Source: Octopus vulgaris | Taxonomy: Eukaryota | DNA length: 64,000 nt | Reading direction: 5' to 3' | NCBI GenBank assembly: GCA_951406725.2 | Contig: OX597817.1 | Coordinates: 130,138,001 to 130,202,000, forward strand | Shown here: positions 1 through 14,712 of the stretch, piece by piece | Layout of the letters: each line of letters begins with the position of its first letter | Position numbering within the stretch: the stretch's first letter is position 1 | Made by a program: the position numbers and the translations under genes | Notes under the pieces: model-generated | Database searches by the model: none | What the model was told of the DNA's origin: nothing | The model's input: only the letters and a program-made list of their open reading frames with translations

Positions 1-665
1 TCACGGGAGGGCTGCAATCAGAAAACCACTACTTTCAAAAACAAACACTGCAAAGCGTTTAGAATGGAGTAAAAACCTATAGAATTGGTCCCTTGAGCAG
101 TGGAAGAATGTTATTTTCTCGAACGAGTCATCCTTTACCTTATTTACGACCACCGGCCGAGTATACGTGTAGAGACAACCAGAAGAAGCATTTGACCCTG
201 ACTGCCTTTTTCGAACTGTTAAACATGGTGGAGGATTTGTGATGATCCGCCGGCCTAATGGTTTCCCTTCAAGGTAGAATTAATGGTTGCGGAACTGTTT
301 CCGGGGGGAAACGCAATCTTTAAGGATAATAATACAGCAATTCACACAGCTAAAGTTGTTACTGAATGGTACGAGAAACATTCTAGTGAAGCTGAACATT
401 TTATCTGGCCACCACAGTCCCCAGATCTCAATATTGAACATTTAAGGTGCATTGTGAGGAGTCGAATCTTCCACCATCATCACTACAAGATCTGGAGACT
501 GTTTCAGCTGAAGAATCGACAAAATTCCAAATGAAACAATTTAAACTGTGTACGAGTCCATATCTCGTAGAATTCAAGCTGGAATTACTGCCAAAGGCAG
601 TCCTACCCCTTATTAAAATAAATTTGTTTGAAATTTTAAGGTGTCTCCATTATTTTGTCCAACCC

Positions 666-668
<3 letters not shown>
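1..668 (+). mobile_element. Tc1-family DNA transposon remnant (3' part of decayed transposase plus right TIR)
   Basis: Frame 2 reads HGRAAIRKPLLSKTNTAKRLEWSKNL*NWSLEQWKNVIFSNESSF...TVKHGGG, then IFKDNNTAIHTAKVVTEWY...WPPQSPDLNIEHL (Tc1 DDE motifs). It ends ...ttttgtccaacccctg followed by TA. Confidence 0.9.
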
Positions 669-728
<60 letters not shown>

Positions 729-1141
729 TGTGTGCAGAGAGAGAGGAGGAGAAAAGGGATCTAAGTATATGAATGTGCTCGTGTGTTTGGGTGTGTGCAT
801 ATTTCTGTGTCGATTTAATTGACAAACAAGATTACATAACAAAAACCGTGTGTTCTTTTGAACATGCAGTGCACATCAGTGAGTTCGAAACTGATAAATT
901 TATTCTCGATGGTTGTGGGCTTATCGTACTGTCGGGAAGTGGAAATCATTTCAGTCTTTTTGCTTATATATTTTCTCCAGAGGATACAGTAATAATCACA
1001 GAAACCGACCTGAAATTCATTATATACGTCAATAATAAGAAAGAAGAAAGTCCTCTTTAATACCTAATAACCACCGCCATAAAACATTAGTAAGTGAAAT
1101 ATTATATGGTATAACCCACCATAGAATAATTGCATAAGGAA

Positions 1142-1375
1142 GGCGGTGAGCTGGCAGAAATGTTAGCACGCCGGGCGAAATGCTTAGCGGTATTTCATCA
1201 GCGTTACGTTCTGAGTTCAAATTCCACCGAGGTCGACTTTGCCTTTCATCCTTTTGGGGTCGATAAATTAAGTACCAGTTACGCACTGGGGTCGATGTAA
1301 TCAACTTAATCCATTTGTCTGTCCTTGTTTGTCCCCTCTATGTTTAGCCCCTTGTGGGCAATAATGAAATAAGAA
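1142..1375 (+). mobile_element. tRNA-derived SINE, family N (Nin/Deu-like central domain)
   Basis: Head ggcggtgagctggcagaaatgttag with B box gagttcaaattcc. Central gcctttcatccttttggggtcgataaattaagtaccag resembles the Nin/Deu SINE domain (recalled, not searched). Many other copies occur in the window. Confidence 0.8.
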
Positions 1376-1813
1376 TAATCGTATGAAAAACAATGTTCTG
1401 TAGATTTTCTTCTTTTTAACACCAAAGTGTGTACGCAGACGTACACACACACATAAACGCATAAATATATACTCACTCATTTAGCATGTTACACACACGT
1501 ACACGCACACACACACACACAAAACACACACACAACACACATGCCTCAAACTAAAATGCCATAGCACCAAATGGTTTTGCATGTTTGCGTGGGGGAGTAA
1601 ATGCTGCATTTGTTTCTGTTTCATTATGTGCGCATCTACATGTATTGTATACACATATATATATATATTCATATATATATGCATATACACGAGTGTGTGT
1701 GTATACACATGCGCGTGTGTGTTTGTGTATGTGTTTGAATGCTTGCAATATATATGCATATATTGGTGTGTATTGTAAGGGTATGTAATAGTCATTGCAT
1801 AGACAATTTCTTT

Positions 1814-1849
<36 letters not shown>

Positions 1850-2369
1850 TGAGACAGAGAGAGAGAGAAAGACAGAGAGAACCACGAAATCATGTGTGTG
1901 TGTATATATATACCTATATATATGTATATAAGCATACACCAACGCACTCACACAATCATAAGTACAAACCCATACACAGGCACGCGCGCATGCACACACA
2001 TACATGCATACATATGACGCGTTATAAGTGTGCATTCGTGTGGGTGTGTGTTTGTGTACAGACAAGCAAATGTCAAGAGGATATGGTATCTGCCTCATAA
2101 TAAGTAAATGCTCATCCTCACCTCCACCCCCGCTGTAAATTAGAAATCTAGAATCAGATTTGCCTGTCGACATGTCTTCAAATTTCTGTAAAATAACAGT
2201 GTCTTGTAAGATAAAGCAACCATACAACATCATTTCTCATTTATTCAACAGCTTGTTTGCTTGATCTCTTGTGTTTTCTCCGATAAACGTTGTTTGTCTT
2301 CATTGATTTGTGTCCTCCTACAACACACACACACACAAACATATATATATATTGTCATTTGTACTATAT

Positions 2370-2422
<53 letters not shown>

Positions 2423-2537
2423 GTGTGCGATGGGTAAAATGTCGCCCATTTCAAATTTTTTATTTCACAAAAGACGGAGGCAGGTGAATAAACAACAAGC
2501 AGGTGTATTAGTTTGACGCTCAGGAAGGTGAGAAAAT

Positions 2538-2573
2538 CTTTTACGTTTCGAGCCTACGCTCTTCAACAGAAAG
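2538..2573 (-). ncRNA. Degenerate minimal hammerhead ribozyme in a short non-coding cassette (~2465-2600)
   Basis: Minus strand reads cttt-CTGTTGA-a-GAGC gtag GCTC-GAAA-cgTA-aaag. Stems I and II pair and stem III ACGT is palindromic. The core has A6U. Confidence 0.5.
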
Positions 2574-2596
2574 GAACACGGGGAAATAAACTGAGA

Positions 2597-2636
<40 letters not shown>

Positions 2637-2661
2637 ATCACTGTCGTAATAAGCTTGTCAA

Positions 2662-2882
2662 CTATAGGCACATCACCTGAAATTTTAGATGGAAGAGTAT
2701 AATCGATTACATCGACCCCATCTACCAGTGCTCCACTGGTACTTATTTTATCGACCCTGATATGATGAAAGGAAAAGTGATCCACGGCAGAATTTGAACT
2801 CTGAATGTAAAGATGGACGAAAATCCAATATGCATTTTCTTTTTTGACCTGTGTACTAACGGTTCTATCAGCTCGCTACCTT
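2662..2882 (-). mobile_element. Family N SINE, diverged copy
   Basis: Reverse-complement match to 1142-1375 (ggtacttattttatcgaccc...gaaaggaaaagt...gaatttgaactctgaa). Confidence 0.7.
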
Positions 2883-3254
2883 ACACTGTCGTGATAATGG
2901 TTATGGCTCTGCACTGTTATATTGACAGAAGTAGTCGGTATTTATATTTTTCTCCTGTCATAAACCTGTTGCGCCTATTGAACAGATTGAGAGCTTTACA
3001 GGGAAACAATAACTCATTCCTTGTAGTATCGTGTGAGGGCAGTATACTCATATTTATTTTATATCAGTCGTAGTTTTCTTGAAATGAATTTTCTCCGACT
3101 ACTTATACATTTTGTAACCACGAAACATTTGTACTATTTTGGAAATTTTTGTTGAGCTCTTGAGCGAATTGCTCAATAAAGCACTCATTTACTCTAATAA
3201 GTACATATATGTCTAATTGTTCAGAAAGTACTGTCGAAGGGATTTGCCTATTCG

Positions 3255-3450
3255 GAGACATGGCTATGTGGTTAAGAAGCTTACTTTACAAACATGTGGT
3301 TTCGGGTTCAGATCCACTGGCTTTAGGTTGACCAATGCTTTGAGAGTGAATTTGGTAGAAAGAAACTACGCTGGTCACCCGACGTACATGTGTGTTTGTC
3401 TTTGTGTGAATCTTTGTCCTCCCTCCACTACTTGACGACCTGTGTTGAAC
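3255..3450 (+). mobile_element. Family C (CORE-like) tRNA-SINE, diverged copy
   Basis: tggctatgtggttaagaagctt...ttcgggttcag...gaccaatgctttgagagtgaatttggtaga matches 18331-18735. Confidence 0.6.
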
Positions 3451-3478
3451 AGACAGACAGACAGATAGACAGATAGGC

Positions 3479-3579
<101 letters not shown>

Positions 3580-3869
3580 CCATTGGCTTCCGCAGATTTC
3601 TTCTTTGAGATTCTACTCTTGTCATTGGTCGATCTGGAGCTATAGTGGATGATACTTGCCAAAAATACAATGCTGCGGGAGGGACGCTAAACTCACGCTT
3701 ACGAAGCGAACTGCTTAACCACACAGTTGGTTCTGCTTATTAGTATCATAGATTTTTAAGCGCTATAAAAATTTGTGCGACTCAAGCACAGTAAAACTAT
3801 TGTTACTCAATAGTCCATGTATTCACCACACACACACACACATGTTATTTCTTGTATCTGAGAATTTTA

Positions 3870-4340
3870 ATTTCCTCGTGACTGAGTGATCCTTGTGTTG
3901 ATGGCGTTGACGATTGAGAAGGCCATTCCTCTCGTAAAATAGGCGGGAACAAAGATGGCAAGGAAGATATGATAGAGGGCGCAGTTGTTGTTGCATCTTG
4001 TGTTTTTTACGTCTTTGTTTTACTTTTGGCTTCAAAAGAGTCATTTTCGTTGGTAATGGAGTGACGCCAGTTGGAGCGCTTATGGTACTCATTCAACCAC
4101 GCTTTTGCTTTAATTCCAACCATTTTGAAGATTGGTATTAGCTGGTTTATGTAACGACGGAAAAGAAACTACTCGGTCTTTCCTCGGTGGTTACTTCGAC
4201 AAAGAGTATCTGACGAGAAAATATATCTTCTGTCACTTCACTCACATGTCCTAACCATCGTAACACGGTTCATTATATGCTGACGGTATAGTCCTTGCCG
4301 ATGGAAATGCTCCAGGTATTTGATCTCCTGATGATGACTT
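3870..4340 (-). mobile_element. RTE-clade (BovB-like) LINE 3' fragment, decayed
   Basis: Minus-strand pieces HQEIKYLEHFHRQGL, LRWLGHVSEVTEDIFSRQILFVEV, RSNWRHSI...SFEAK and CHLCSRLFYERNGLLNRQRHQH match the RTE C-terminal LRWxGH motif and terminal zinc finger. Confidence 0.7.
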
Positions 4341-5217
4341 GTTCGTATTTCAAAACCGCACAATATGTTGAGTTGACGTCAGCTAGAACTCACTCTTTAT
4401 TTAAAGGGCAAATTCTACCTGTACTATTTATATTTTGAAATGGTTTAAGTGAAGATGTTGTGTAAGAAATTAATTTTTGTCCCTGTTGCATAAATATCTG
4501 AAACACGTCTACTAAATGGATTCAAAATATCAATATTTGGTTTGACTTTAGGATATATATGGGTGTACGTATGTATGTATGTATGTATGTATGTATGTAT
4601 GTATGTATGTATGTATGTATGTGTGTATGTATAAATGCATACACATACATACATGTCTGTGTGTGTGTATAAATTCATAATCGAAAATATTGCAGTCCTG
4701 ATATTTAAATTGTTTTTGTATTTCGCCGTTTTCCATACTACATTATATTTGAACAGTACAATGCTCTTACAACGTTTGCCGATATACAGATAAAGGCAAG
4801 CCAATATATTCTGCATATAATTTTTGGTATGACATAAGAAAGAATATCTAGATTGCTTCTATTTTAAAATCTCTCTTCCATTTAGAGAAATGATGTTGTA
4901 TTATCGCATTAAACCTTACTTTCTTTTCATTTTCATGGTGTTCTCCTGCTAATTGCTTTGCATAAAACATATTTTCTTTAATATAGCAATGCATTTATTC
5001 CAATAAATAAATAACTGTAGCTTTACTTCAACGGCAGTATATATATATATATATAGGAGTAAATGTAAGAATAAGCAAGTTAGGCAAGTCGATATACAAT
5101 AAGTAGTAAATGCATTTAATACGAAACATGTACATATGTTTATATGTAAAAAGATCCGACTTACATAGCATAGGAATGATATCAGGAATTCAAGGGTTGA
5201 ATATGAGTTTTACGAGT

Positions 5218-5251
<34 letters not shown>

Positions 5252-5563
5252 TGAAACGCCTACACCTAATAAAAAATAATGTACATAAATCAAGACAGCG
5301 GGATGAGAACAGAAAGAGAAATAATACATCGAGTTAGTATGGATTGCTATAAACATCATGAAACTAAAACTATCCACATATCATCAAATTAAAACTGTTC
5401 CCACAGTGTGTGTTATCACTCGTATAAATCTTTCATTATTTACGGCACAAAGAATAACTTTATACAAGAGCATATCGAGGCTGATGCAGAGGCGCAACTC
5501 GTATATGTGTGTGTGCGTGTCTGCGCGTGTGAGTGCGTGTGTGTATACATATATATATAAATG

Positions 5564-5631
<68 letters not shown>

Positions 5632-5743
5632 TATTTAATTGTGTATTTATTTATGTGTGTGCGCGCGGTTGTGTATGCATGTTCGTGTGTATGTATTTGA
5701 GTGTAATTAATTATGTACGTATATATGTATGTACGTATGTATG

Positions 5744-5803
<60 letters not shown>

Positions 5804-5819
5804 AGGAAGATCTCTCTCT

Positions 5820-5898
<79 letters not shown>

Positions 5899-6574
5899 AG
5901 ATATGTGCATACATCCTCTGAAGGCATTCATATGCAAATATTTATGGATGTTCACATGTAATATTTGTAGATACATTATATGCATACATATACAATCATA
6001 AGTGCACACACCACACGTATACATACATACATTAATGCATACATACACTCAGATGAATTCATACATACATACATACATACACACATATACATTCATACAT
6101 ACATACACACACATATACATTCATACATATACACATACATACATACATACACACATATACACATACATACATACACACATTCATGTATTAATATAACATC
6201 ATATATTTATTTACAAACTACATTTGATTTACATGCCTTTGATGTTGATGGGTTTGTAGATGGTGCAGAAAGCGGCATAGCAGGAATGATTGTTCACACA
6301 AGTGGTATGGTGTTTCACCTAAAGTATATTAGTAACAAAAGATGAAATACAATGAAATAAACAATCACAGCAGTAGAAGAAAACAAAAGCAACAGCAACG
6401 ATGTCAACAATGATATCAACATTGCAAGAGTGATAGATAGAATGAGATATGGAGAAGAGGATTGATTCTGATCAATTATTAGAATGGCTATTTGCGTGAA
6501 CGAGTGCGGGCGAGCGCACGCATGCGCAAAAACACACATATATATATACACACATTCATAAATGTTTATGTATA

Positions 6575-6681
<107 letters not shown>

Positions 6682-7322
6682 AATTAGAATGCCAAAAGAA
6701 TAAACAATTGCTATGAACCTGATATATATATATATGCATATATGTATATATATATTTATATATATATACATATATATACATATACTATGTGTTTGTGTGT
6801 GATTGTATGTGTACGTATGCATATGTATGTGTGTATGCGTGTGTGTGGTATGTAATTGTGTATGTATGTATTATGTATGCATGTATAGAGATATATATAC
6901 ATGCATGTTTGTATAAATATATATACATATATATAAGTATATAAATGATCTTATATATGTATATGTGTGTATGTATTTATGTATGTGTGTGAGAGTCATG
7001 TCACTATATGAGTGCGTGTCCATTTGTGTGTAAGGTTGATGCGACGTGTTAATGGATGCGTATGACATATCTAAGATATAGAAGTTTGACAATAACTTTC
7101 CTGAAAGTTTCTGCATACAGAGTCAATAGCAAAAGCTTAATACACATACATCTATTCATTCCGACATACAGCACACACAGCCCTGTAAACATGGATATTC
7201 ACGCGCGAGCGAGCACACACGCACACTCATACACAACCATACACACACACACACACACACAGACACACACAAACACACATACAATATCAGACACTGAGGC
7301 TGATAACTGAACAGAAACTGCC

Positions 7323-7391
<69 letters not shown>

Positions 7392-7862
7392 TTATTTATC
7401 TATCTCTATGTCTATATATATACATGTGTGTGTAGATAGCGCGCGTGTAATAGAAATGTTATATACATGAAATTCATACATATATACAAAAATCAATACA
7501 TACGTGCATACATTCATTGATTCATACATACATACATACATACATACACACATACGTACGTTACGTACATACATACATACATACATACATACATACATAC
7601 ATACATACATACATACATACATACATACACACAGTTATCTTCATTACTGATTATGTAAGTACACGTATTTTTTTTAATGGGTTAAGGCGTAAAGAATTAA
7701 TAAATTGTACAGATTTTATTTGGTGGTATTATCTATAAGATAACACAACTCTGCAATATATGGAATATAAGAGAAAAGAAGAGCAACAATAGCCACATCT
7801 GTCAAAATAATACAATAAAACCCATTAAACGTTTCAGTTTTTCAAAAAGATAAGCCATTGTA

Positions 7863-9141
7863 TACGAAGACGAGTCAAAATCTAATACAACTTTTATCAT
7901 TAGCGGCGCATTTTTCAATGAAATCTTTTGGTATTTGGTAAAGGCACAGATAGTTAATTATCTAGTTGTTATTTTTTTCTTTTAGAATTATGAATACATG
8001 AGCTGATATCAAAATGGTTTTCCTACTTCAAGTCCGTAATTGAGTTCCTTGATGCCGAAGGAGAAAAATCTAGTAAACATTCACAAAAGACTGAAAAATG
8101 CTTACAAAGATAAAACTTTAGACTACAGCAACGTGTGGAGATAGGCCTGCTGTCTGAATGAGAATTCAACAGAGCAAAAAGAATTGGTGAAATCCAAGCT
8201 TAGCAGACATGCTTCGTAGAAGCCACCCATCAACTGACACAACTTTGCCAAGAGGTAAAAAGCAGATGCTTTTATTAGAGCTGAATTGGCATTAGAGGTT
8301 GGAGTTAGCCATGGTAGTACTCATTACATTATTGAGTATCATAGATATTCTCAAGTGTGTGCCAGTTGGGTACCAAAACAACTGACAGATAAGCGCATGA
8401 CTGAAAGAGTTAACTGCTGTACTGAACTCTTTGAATTCAGTGAAAGAGAGAAAATTTTCTTTCAAAGGTCCATAGCCGGTGATGAAACTTGGATTATTCA
8501 TCATGAACCAGAATATAAAAATAATACAATCAATGAAATGGCGTCATCCGACGTCTACAAAGACTAAAAAGCTCCAAGTAGAAAGTCAACTGAAAAAAAA
8601 ACAGAGACTGTCATCTGGTGTGCTCAAGGTGTTATTCTTATTGATTTCTTCAAAGAAGAGAAATAGTCAACTCTGAAGCATATATTGAGACCCTTAAAAG
8701 TCTTAGATCAAGAATCTGCCGAGTAAGGCCAAATTTGGAAATTAATGAAGTTCTTCAACACAACAATGTCAGGCCTCACTCAAGCCTCTGAACAAGGGAG
8801 GCAATCACCTCTTTCAGGTGGACAACTCTGCCGCATTTTCATTACTAACTTGACTTAGAACCTTCAGATTTCCATCTCTTTTGTCCAATGAATGAAATAC
8901 AAAGAGGAAAACATAATTAAGAAGTAAAATCTGCTGTAAGGAATTTGTTAGGTCAGTAGCAGTTTTATGAAGCTGAGAAGAGCTCTCATTCACAGGTGGA
9001 ACACTATAATTGAAAGAAGTGATGGATATGTTGGAAAATAGGGACGTTAACCTGTGATATATAGCTATTTTTTGATGAGCACTATATTTGCGTTCCTTAT
9101 TTAAAAAAAAATAATGCATTAATTTTTGACTCACACTCATA
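7863..9141 (+). mobile_element. mariner-family transposon, full length but decayed
   Basis: Imperfect TIRs tacgaagacgagtcaaaa and ttttgactcacactcata. Frameshifted motifs VCASWVPKQLTD, IAGDETWIIHHEPE, QSMKWRHPTS, LQHNNVRPH and DLEPSDFHL. Confidence 0.85.
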
Positions 9142-9572
9142 TCATTAATACTGTCGTTGATGTTGTACTTGCTGTTGCTTTTGTTGTTGTTGCTGCTGCT
9201 TCTGTTGTTGTTGGTGGTGGTGGTAGTGTTGCAGTTTAGCTCCGAGTTAGCCTAATAGATACACTTATGCTTTAAAGTATTTCAACCTTACTTTCCTATG
9301 ATTTTCATATAAGGAAGTAACCAAGAGACATTATCCAGCATGTCCTTCTGCTAAGGCGTTAGGATTCAATTTGAAGGTGTTTTGGCTGCTATTTTGACAT
9401 GTGGAGTAACCATGAAGTAACTTCCTTCATCTGACGGTAGTGTTGGTGGTGATTGGTGGTAGCGTCGTCATTACTGAGAATAATTATATGTTTTTGTTGT
9501 TGGGGCAGTTATTGGTATTTTATTGTTGTTATTTTTGTACTTCAATACCTTTGAACTCCTTTTTTTAAAATA

Positions 9573-10070
<498 letters not shown>

Positions 10071-10191
10071 TATATAAATGTGTGTGTGTCCAGACATACA
10101 GACAGACAGACAGACAGACAGACAGACGGACGGACAGACAGACAGACGGACAGACAGACAGGCAGGCAGGCAGGCAGACAGACAGACAGAC

Positions 10192-10258
<67 letters not shown>

Positions 10259-11095
10259 CGTGTGTCTGTGGGGCGACCTGAACCTCTGATTTAATAGCAC
10301 AACCATTCCAACTAAAACCTTCACAAGGGATCCTGTTCTCACTAATATGTGTGAGCACGCCTCGAATAAAATAGCGCAGTCCCCAACAGCAGAGCAAATG
10401 AGTTATGATCTATGACCTTAACAGTTGAAATGGCGAAAAATTGACTGGTTATGAAAGTGCAGCTCTAGCAAAAGCTGGTCTGACAGCAGTCCGTGGAAAT
10501 TTCTTTGCCTCGTCCTGCACGTCATATTTCACGCGTCGCAGAGGATGTCTTCGAGGTCACAGTGCATGGGTTACTTCCTTCCAAGTCAGGAGCCACCCTA
10601 ATAGAAACCACAACACTGGCTTTTCTTCACCTAAGAAAGAAATACTCGGAAACATGGGAGATCCGATGGTGATGTACGTATGTATTGATGTATGTATATG
10701 TGCTTTTCTTAATTCTTTTTGGTTTTTTAAAATAAAAAAAGGGTTAAATAGCAATAACATTTTTATCTTACTGCTATCAACATTCCAACTAAACTACTTT
10801 CTTTCTTAAAAATCAACACTTTCTATATAGAAAGAGTTCAAAGGATAAAAAAATAGAAAGGGACACGCACACACATATACACACAGAAATATTTACCAAT
10901 TTACATACAGAACTACAACTATTAGCCATTACTTCCTTATCTACCCCCGCTATCACAACACCTACGATCATCATAAGAACAATAACAACAAAGGTAATGT
11001 CTATAGAATGGAAGGAAAATTGGAGAAATGTTGATAAAAGTATAAAACTAGAATATCAGATATTTGTGCGTCTGTCTGTCTGACGGTCTCTCTCC

Positions 11096-11098
<3 letters not shown>

Positions 11099-11180
<82 letters not shown>
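11099..11180. repeat. (CA)n microsatellite
   Basis: Direct reading. Confidence 0.95.
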
Positions 11181-11185
<5 letters not shown>

Positions 11186-11625
11186 ATACACTGTCAATTA
11201 GGTATTCGGTGGTTTTATTACATTGTTTAATGAAAGAAATGAGAGCCAGTGTTTTTATACCATCTTTATTGGTTTTGTCTCTCGTTTCTTCATCGTAATA
11301 TCTTGGAGACACAACAAAACTTGATAGCTCCTAGATCTGGCATAAGTGTATTAGAGTACAGATCTACTTTCAGGTATGTGTATGTGAATGTGTATATGTG
11401 TATGTGGGCGCATGCATGTAGGAATATGCGTGTGTTTAGGTTTGGTTTTATAAATGGGAAAAAGGGAACTCGATACATACAACAGGGTACATATAACTAT
11501 TTTATTAGCTGAGATTGCTGCACATGGGCAACAAACGTACAGCTCAACGGACATTGTTAGAATTACAGATTTTATAATTTATAATTTGTGATAACAAATT
11601 GGTTACGCACTACAAATAGCGGTAG

Positions 11626-11724
11626 CAATAATAATTATAACGTCGTAAATCCCGGAAGCAATAATAATAATTATAACGTCGTAAATCCCGGAAGCAATAA
11701 TAATAATTATAACGTCGTAAATCC
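11626..11724. repeat. Minisatellite, ~33-36 bp unit x3
   Basis: gcaataataat(aat)tataacgtcgtaaatcccggaa repeated three times. Confidence 0.9.
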
Positions 11725-12129
11725 AGCTGATGTATTAGTGTCGTTCACGTATTGTCTGTTGAAACAGCTTTTAATTATGATGTTTGCAACTTTTGTGTGT
11801 GCAATGAAATTTACATATTACATTGGTTGTCTGAAGTGCGTTCTGGTGTTTGCTACTGTGCGTTTTCACGTTAATAAGATGCTTTAGTTCTGTGTTACTG
11901 TAATATATACTTACTATTAATTTGTGATTAGGTATACTACAGGCTCAGTTCTATTTTATGAGGGGTTGTTTGTTTCTTTCCTTATCTATTTACTTATTTA
12001 TTTATTATTTTACATATTCATCAAGTTTGCAGCCAGAATGTCTTTAGTTTTTGGTTTTATGATAGGTATAGTTGTGTGTTACTTGTGGTATATATGTAAG
12101 TATGAATCAATCAATCTATCTATCTATCT

Positions 12130-12187
<58 letters not shown>

Positions 12188-12317
12188 TTATATTTAGTAA
12201 TAATATAGGGTGAAATTAATTAATTTGGAATAATCATTAATTTCACCAAGTAGATTTCGGCATGTAAAAGCCTCATTCGAGGAAAGTTTAAGTAATACTA
12301 AGTAATTAAGGGTTATA

Positions 12318-12390
<73 letters not shown>

Positions 12391-12392
<2 letters not shown>

Positions 12393-13226
12393 GTCTGTTT
12401 AGAGAAGACTTCAAAAGTAAGTAGTGGCGACTTTTCTTGAAAATCGACAAAATTCGGCATCGATGTGTTATCAAGTAGCTGCAGAAAAAGGGCTTTACTT
12501 GAAGATGACCTAAGGTTTGAACGTCCTTAAACTCCCACTACTGAAGAAAACATTGATCGTGTTCATCACGAGTTGATGGATAGCAGGTGATTGAGTATAA
12601 ATCAAATAGCCAATGCTCTTAGGATATTCTATGAGAAAGTTGAAAATATTCTGCACAATGAACTTGGCATGAAGAAACACCCTTCCTCACCTGCTCCAAA
12701 GAAGACCAAGGTCGTTTGACTGCAGGAAGGGTGATGGCCTCAGTTTTTTTGGAATGCAAAAGGCATTGTGTTTATTGACTATATCAAAAAGACACACCAT
12801 CAATGAAGAGTACTATGAGGCAGTTACGAAAGGCTATCAAGGCCAAAACGCCCAGGAAAACTGACGAAAAGAGCCTAGCACACAAATCCTTGCTTTCAAT
12901 GACTGCTGTGCATGACTGTGGCTTTCAACTGATTGATCAACCTCTTTATTCTTTTGATTTGGTCTCATCTAATTATCATCTGTTCCCCAACAAGAAAAGC
13001 CTTGGCTGGAAACAAGTATCGCAGTGATGATGGCGTCATATTTGCTGATGATGACTTTTTTTGAGCAACAGGAAAAGCTTCTTCACCAATGAGATCCAAG
13101 CACTGCAACATCGTTGGAAGAAGTGTGTGGATCGCAAAGCGGACTATGTTGAACAATTAACCTTACTTGATCGCATTTCATGAGAGTACCTTGGTCAACC
13201 TATAAACTTTTCAACTGACCTTCGTA
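12391..13226 (+). mobile_element. mariner transposon remnant, internally deleted
   Basis: Motifs DKIRHRCVIK, TTEENIDRVH, AGRVMASVFWNAKGIVFIDY, YSFDLVSSNYHLFPN and ALQHRWKKCVDRKADYVE. Right TIR ...aacttttcaactgaccttcgta. Confidence 0.85.
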
Positions 13227-13311
13227 CTTATGTACACATGTATGTATGTATGTGTGTATGTATTTATGTATATGTTGTATGTATGTATGTATGCATGTAT
13301 GTGTATGCATG

Positions 13312-13365
<54 letters not shown>

Positions 13366-13368
<3 letters not shown>

Positions 13369-14100
13369 TCTGGTGTATTGTCATCATGCTGTAGGAGTGC
13401 GCATCTTCGACTGACCAATGCCGAGTAGCGGGGTTTCAATGCATCATACACTCACTGTTGCAGTTGTTCAGCATAAAAGTTAACGTTCATAGCACGACCA
13501 CCTGGGAAAAGTTCAAAATGCCAGACTCTTTTAAAATTCTACCAACGCACAATATGACCTTCTGTTCATACCATCCTTGTTTGATAACAGATTCGGAAGC
13601 CTGGCGGGAATGAAGCCATTGATTTCTCTCATTAGGATTTCGAAAACAGTTCCAATTTTCGCTACCAGTCGTAATACGATGTCGAAAATGGGGACTCCGA
13701 GGATTTGCCAGCAGTTGTTTGCAAATGTTCACATGTCGCTGAGCCTGGTCATAGGTCACTTCATGAGGAGCTTTTTCAAAAGCGTCTATTCACAAGGCCG
13801 AGCGTATAGAAATGTCGACTGAGGGTACTTTGTGAAAGATGAATGTACGAGTGTTTATGCTTGGTTGTTGTTCAACCATTTCAGGCAAGGTCTCATCCTC
13901 TGCAACAGAAGGTCTTCCCAACCTTAATTTGTCTTCAAGGCTGGTGGTACCTTCCTTGAAATGCCTGAACTAGTTTCTTACTGCACATTCGTTGACACTT
14001 TCTGAGCTTTCCACATCCTTAATTTCTTTTGCAGCTGCTCTTGTACGCATTCTTTTTTCTCCAAACGTAGCGTAATTGCTTCTTTTCACCACTCATTATC
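13366..14100 (-). mobile_element. mariner transposon remnant
   Basis: Minus-strand ORFs give RITTGSENWNCFRNP...QWL...KVILCV and [11 protein letters not shown], plus a LEDK..GRP HTH linker upstream. Confidence 0.8.
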
Positions 14101-14385
14101 AAAGCTGTAAAATAAAGAGCAAACAATTAATGTTTATATATCATATATATGAAACTAAAGAACAAACGAAATAATTCAGTAACGATTGAACGAGTTGTAT
14201 CAAATTAAGGCTATAGCATGGAAATACAATTTGCTAAAAATTATTGAAAATCCGAAAAAAACTTTGGAAAGACTTCTGCCCGTCCCCCTCCAATTTTCTC
14301 CCAAATTTGTTAATTTTCGTAATTTTTTTTGTCAAAAATCCCCGTTATCGGATACGGAGGTTCTCGAAAATTGCCAAATTACATT

Positions 14386-14619
14386 GTTTTAGCCTTCGAA
14401 TGACGCCACCCCGCTGGCTAAGCGAGCAGGCCAACAGAAGAAAGAGTGAGAGAAAGAGTGGTGAAAGAGTACAGCAGGGATCACCACCCCCTGCCGGAGC
14501 ATCGTGGAGCTTTTAGGTATTTTCGCTCAATAAACACTCACAACGCCCGGTCTGGGAATCGAAACCGCGATCCTGCGACCGCGAGTCCGCTGCCGTAACC
14601 ACTAGGCCATTGCGCCTCC
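14386..14619 (-). mobile_element. tRNA-derived SINE, family A with tail X
   Basis: Minus strand ggaggcgcaatggcctagtggttacggcagcggactcgcggtcgcaggatcgcggtttcgattccc has Pol III A and B boxes. The head is shared with 60868-61163 and the tail with 50725-50985. Confidence 0.8.
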
Positions 14620-14640
14620 GCACACACACACACACATATA

Positions 14641-14658
14641 TATTATAAGCGCACTGGG

Positions 14659-14694
<36 letters not shown>

Positions 14695-14712
14695 CCCAGT
14701 GCGCTTATAATA
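14641..14712. repeat. Perfect 72-bp palindrome centred on (TA)n
   Basis: tattataagcgcactgggc-(TA)n-gcccagtgcgcttataata. Confidence 0.9.

Noticed and set aside
5118-5140. gaaacatgtacata hammerhead 3' half
   Set aside because: No upstream CUGANGA or stem II partner was found.
10280-10670. Possible exon or REL-endonuclease remnant
   Set aside because: Only vague motif resemblance, stops in the candidate frames and no confident assignment.
11626-11724. CRISPR-like array
   Set aside because: The units are head-to-tail with no unique spacers, in a eukaryotic context with no cas genes.
14545-14619. tRNA genes at SINE heads (also 1142, 18331, 27285, 61090)
   Set aside because: A and B boxes are present, but there is no complete cloverleaf and each continues into a repeated SINE body.
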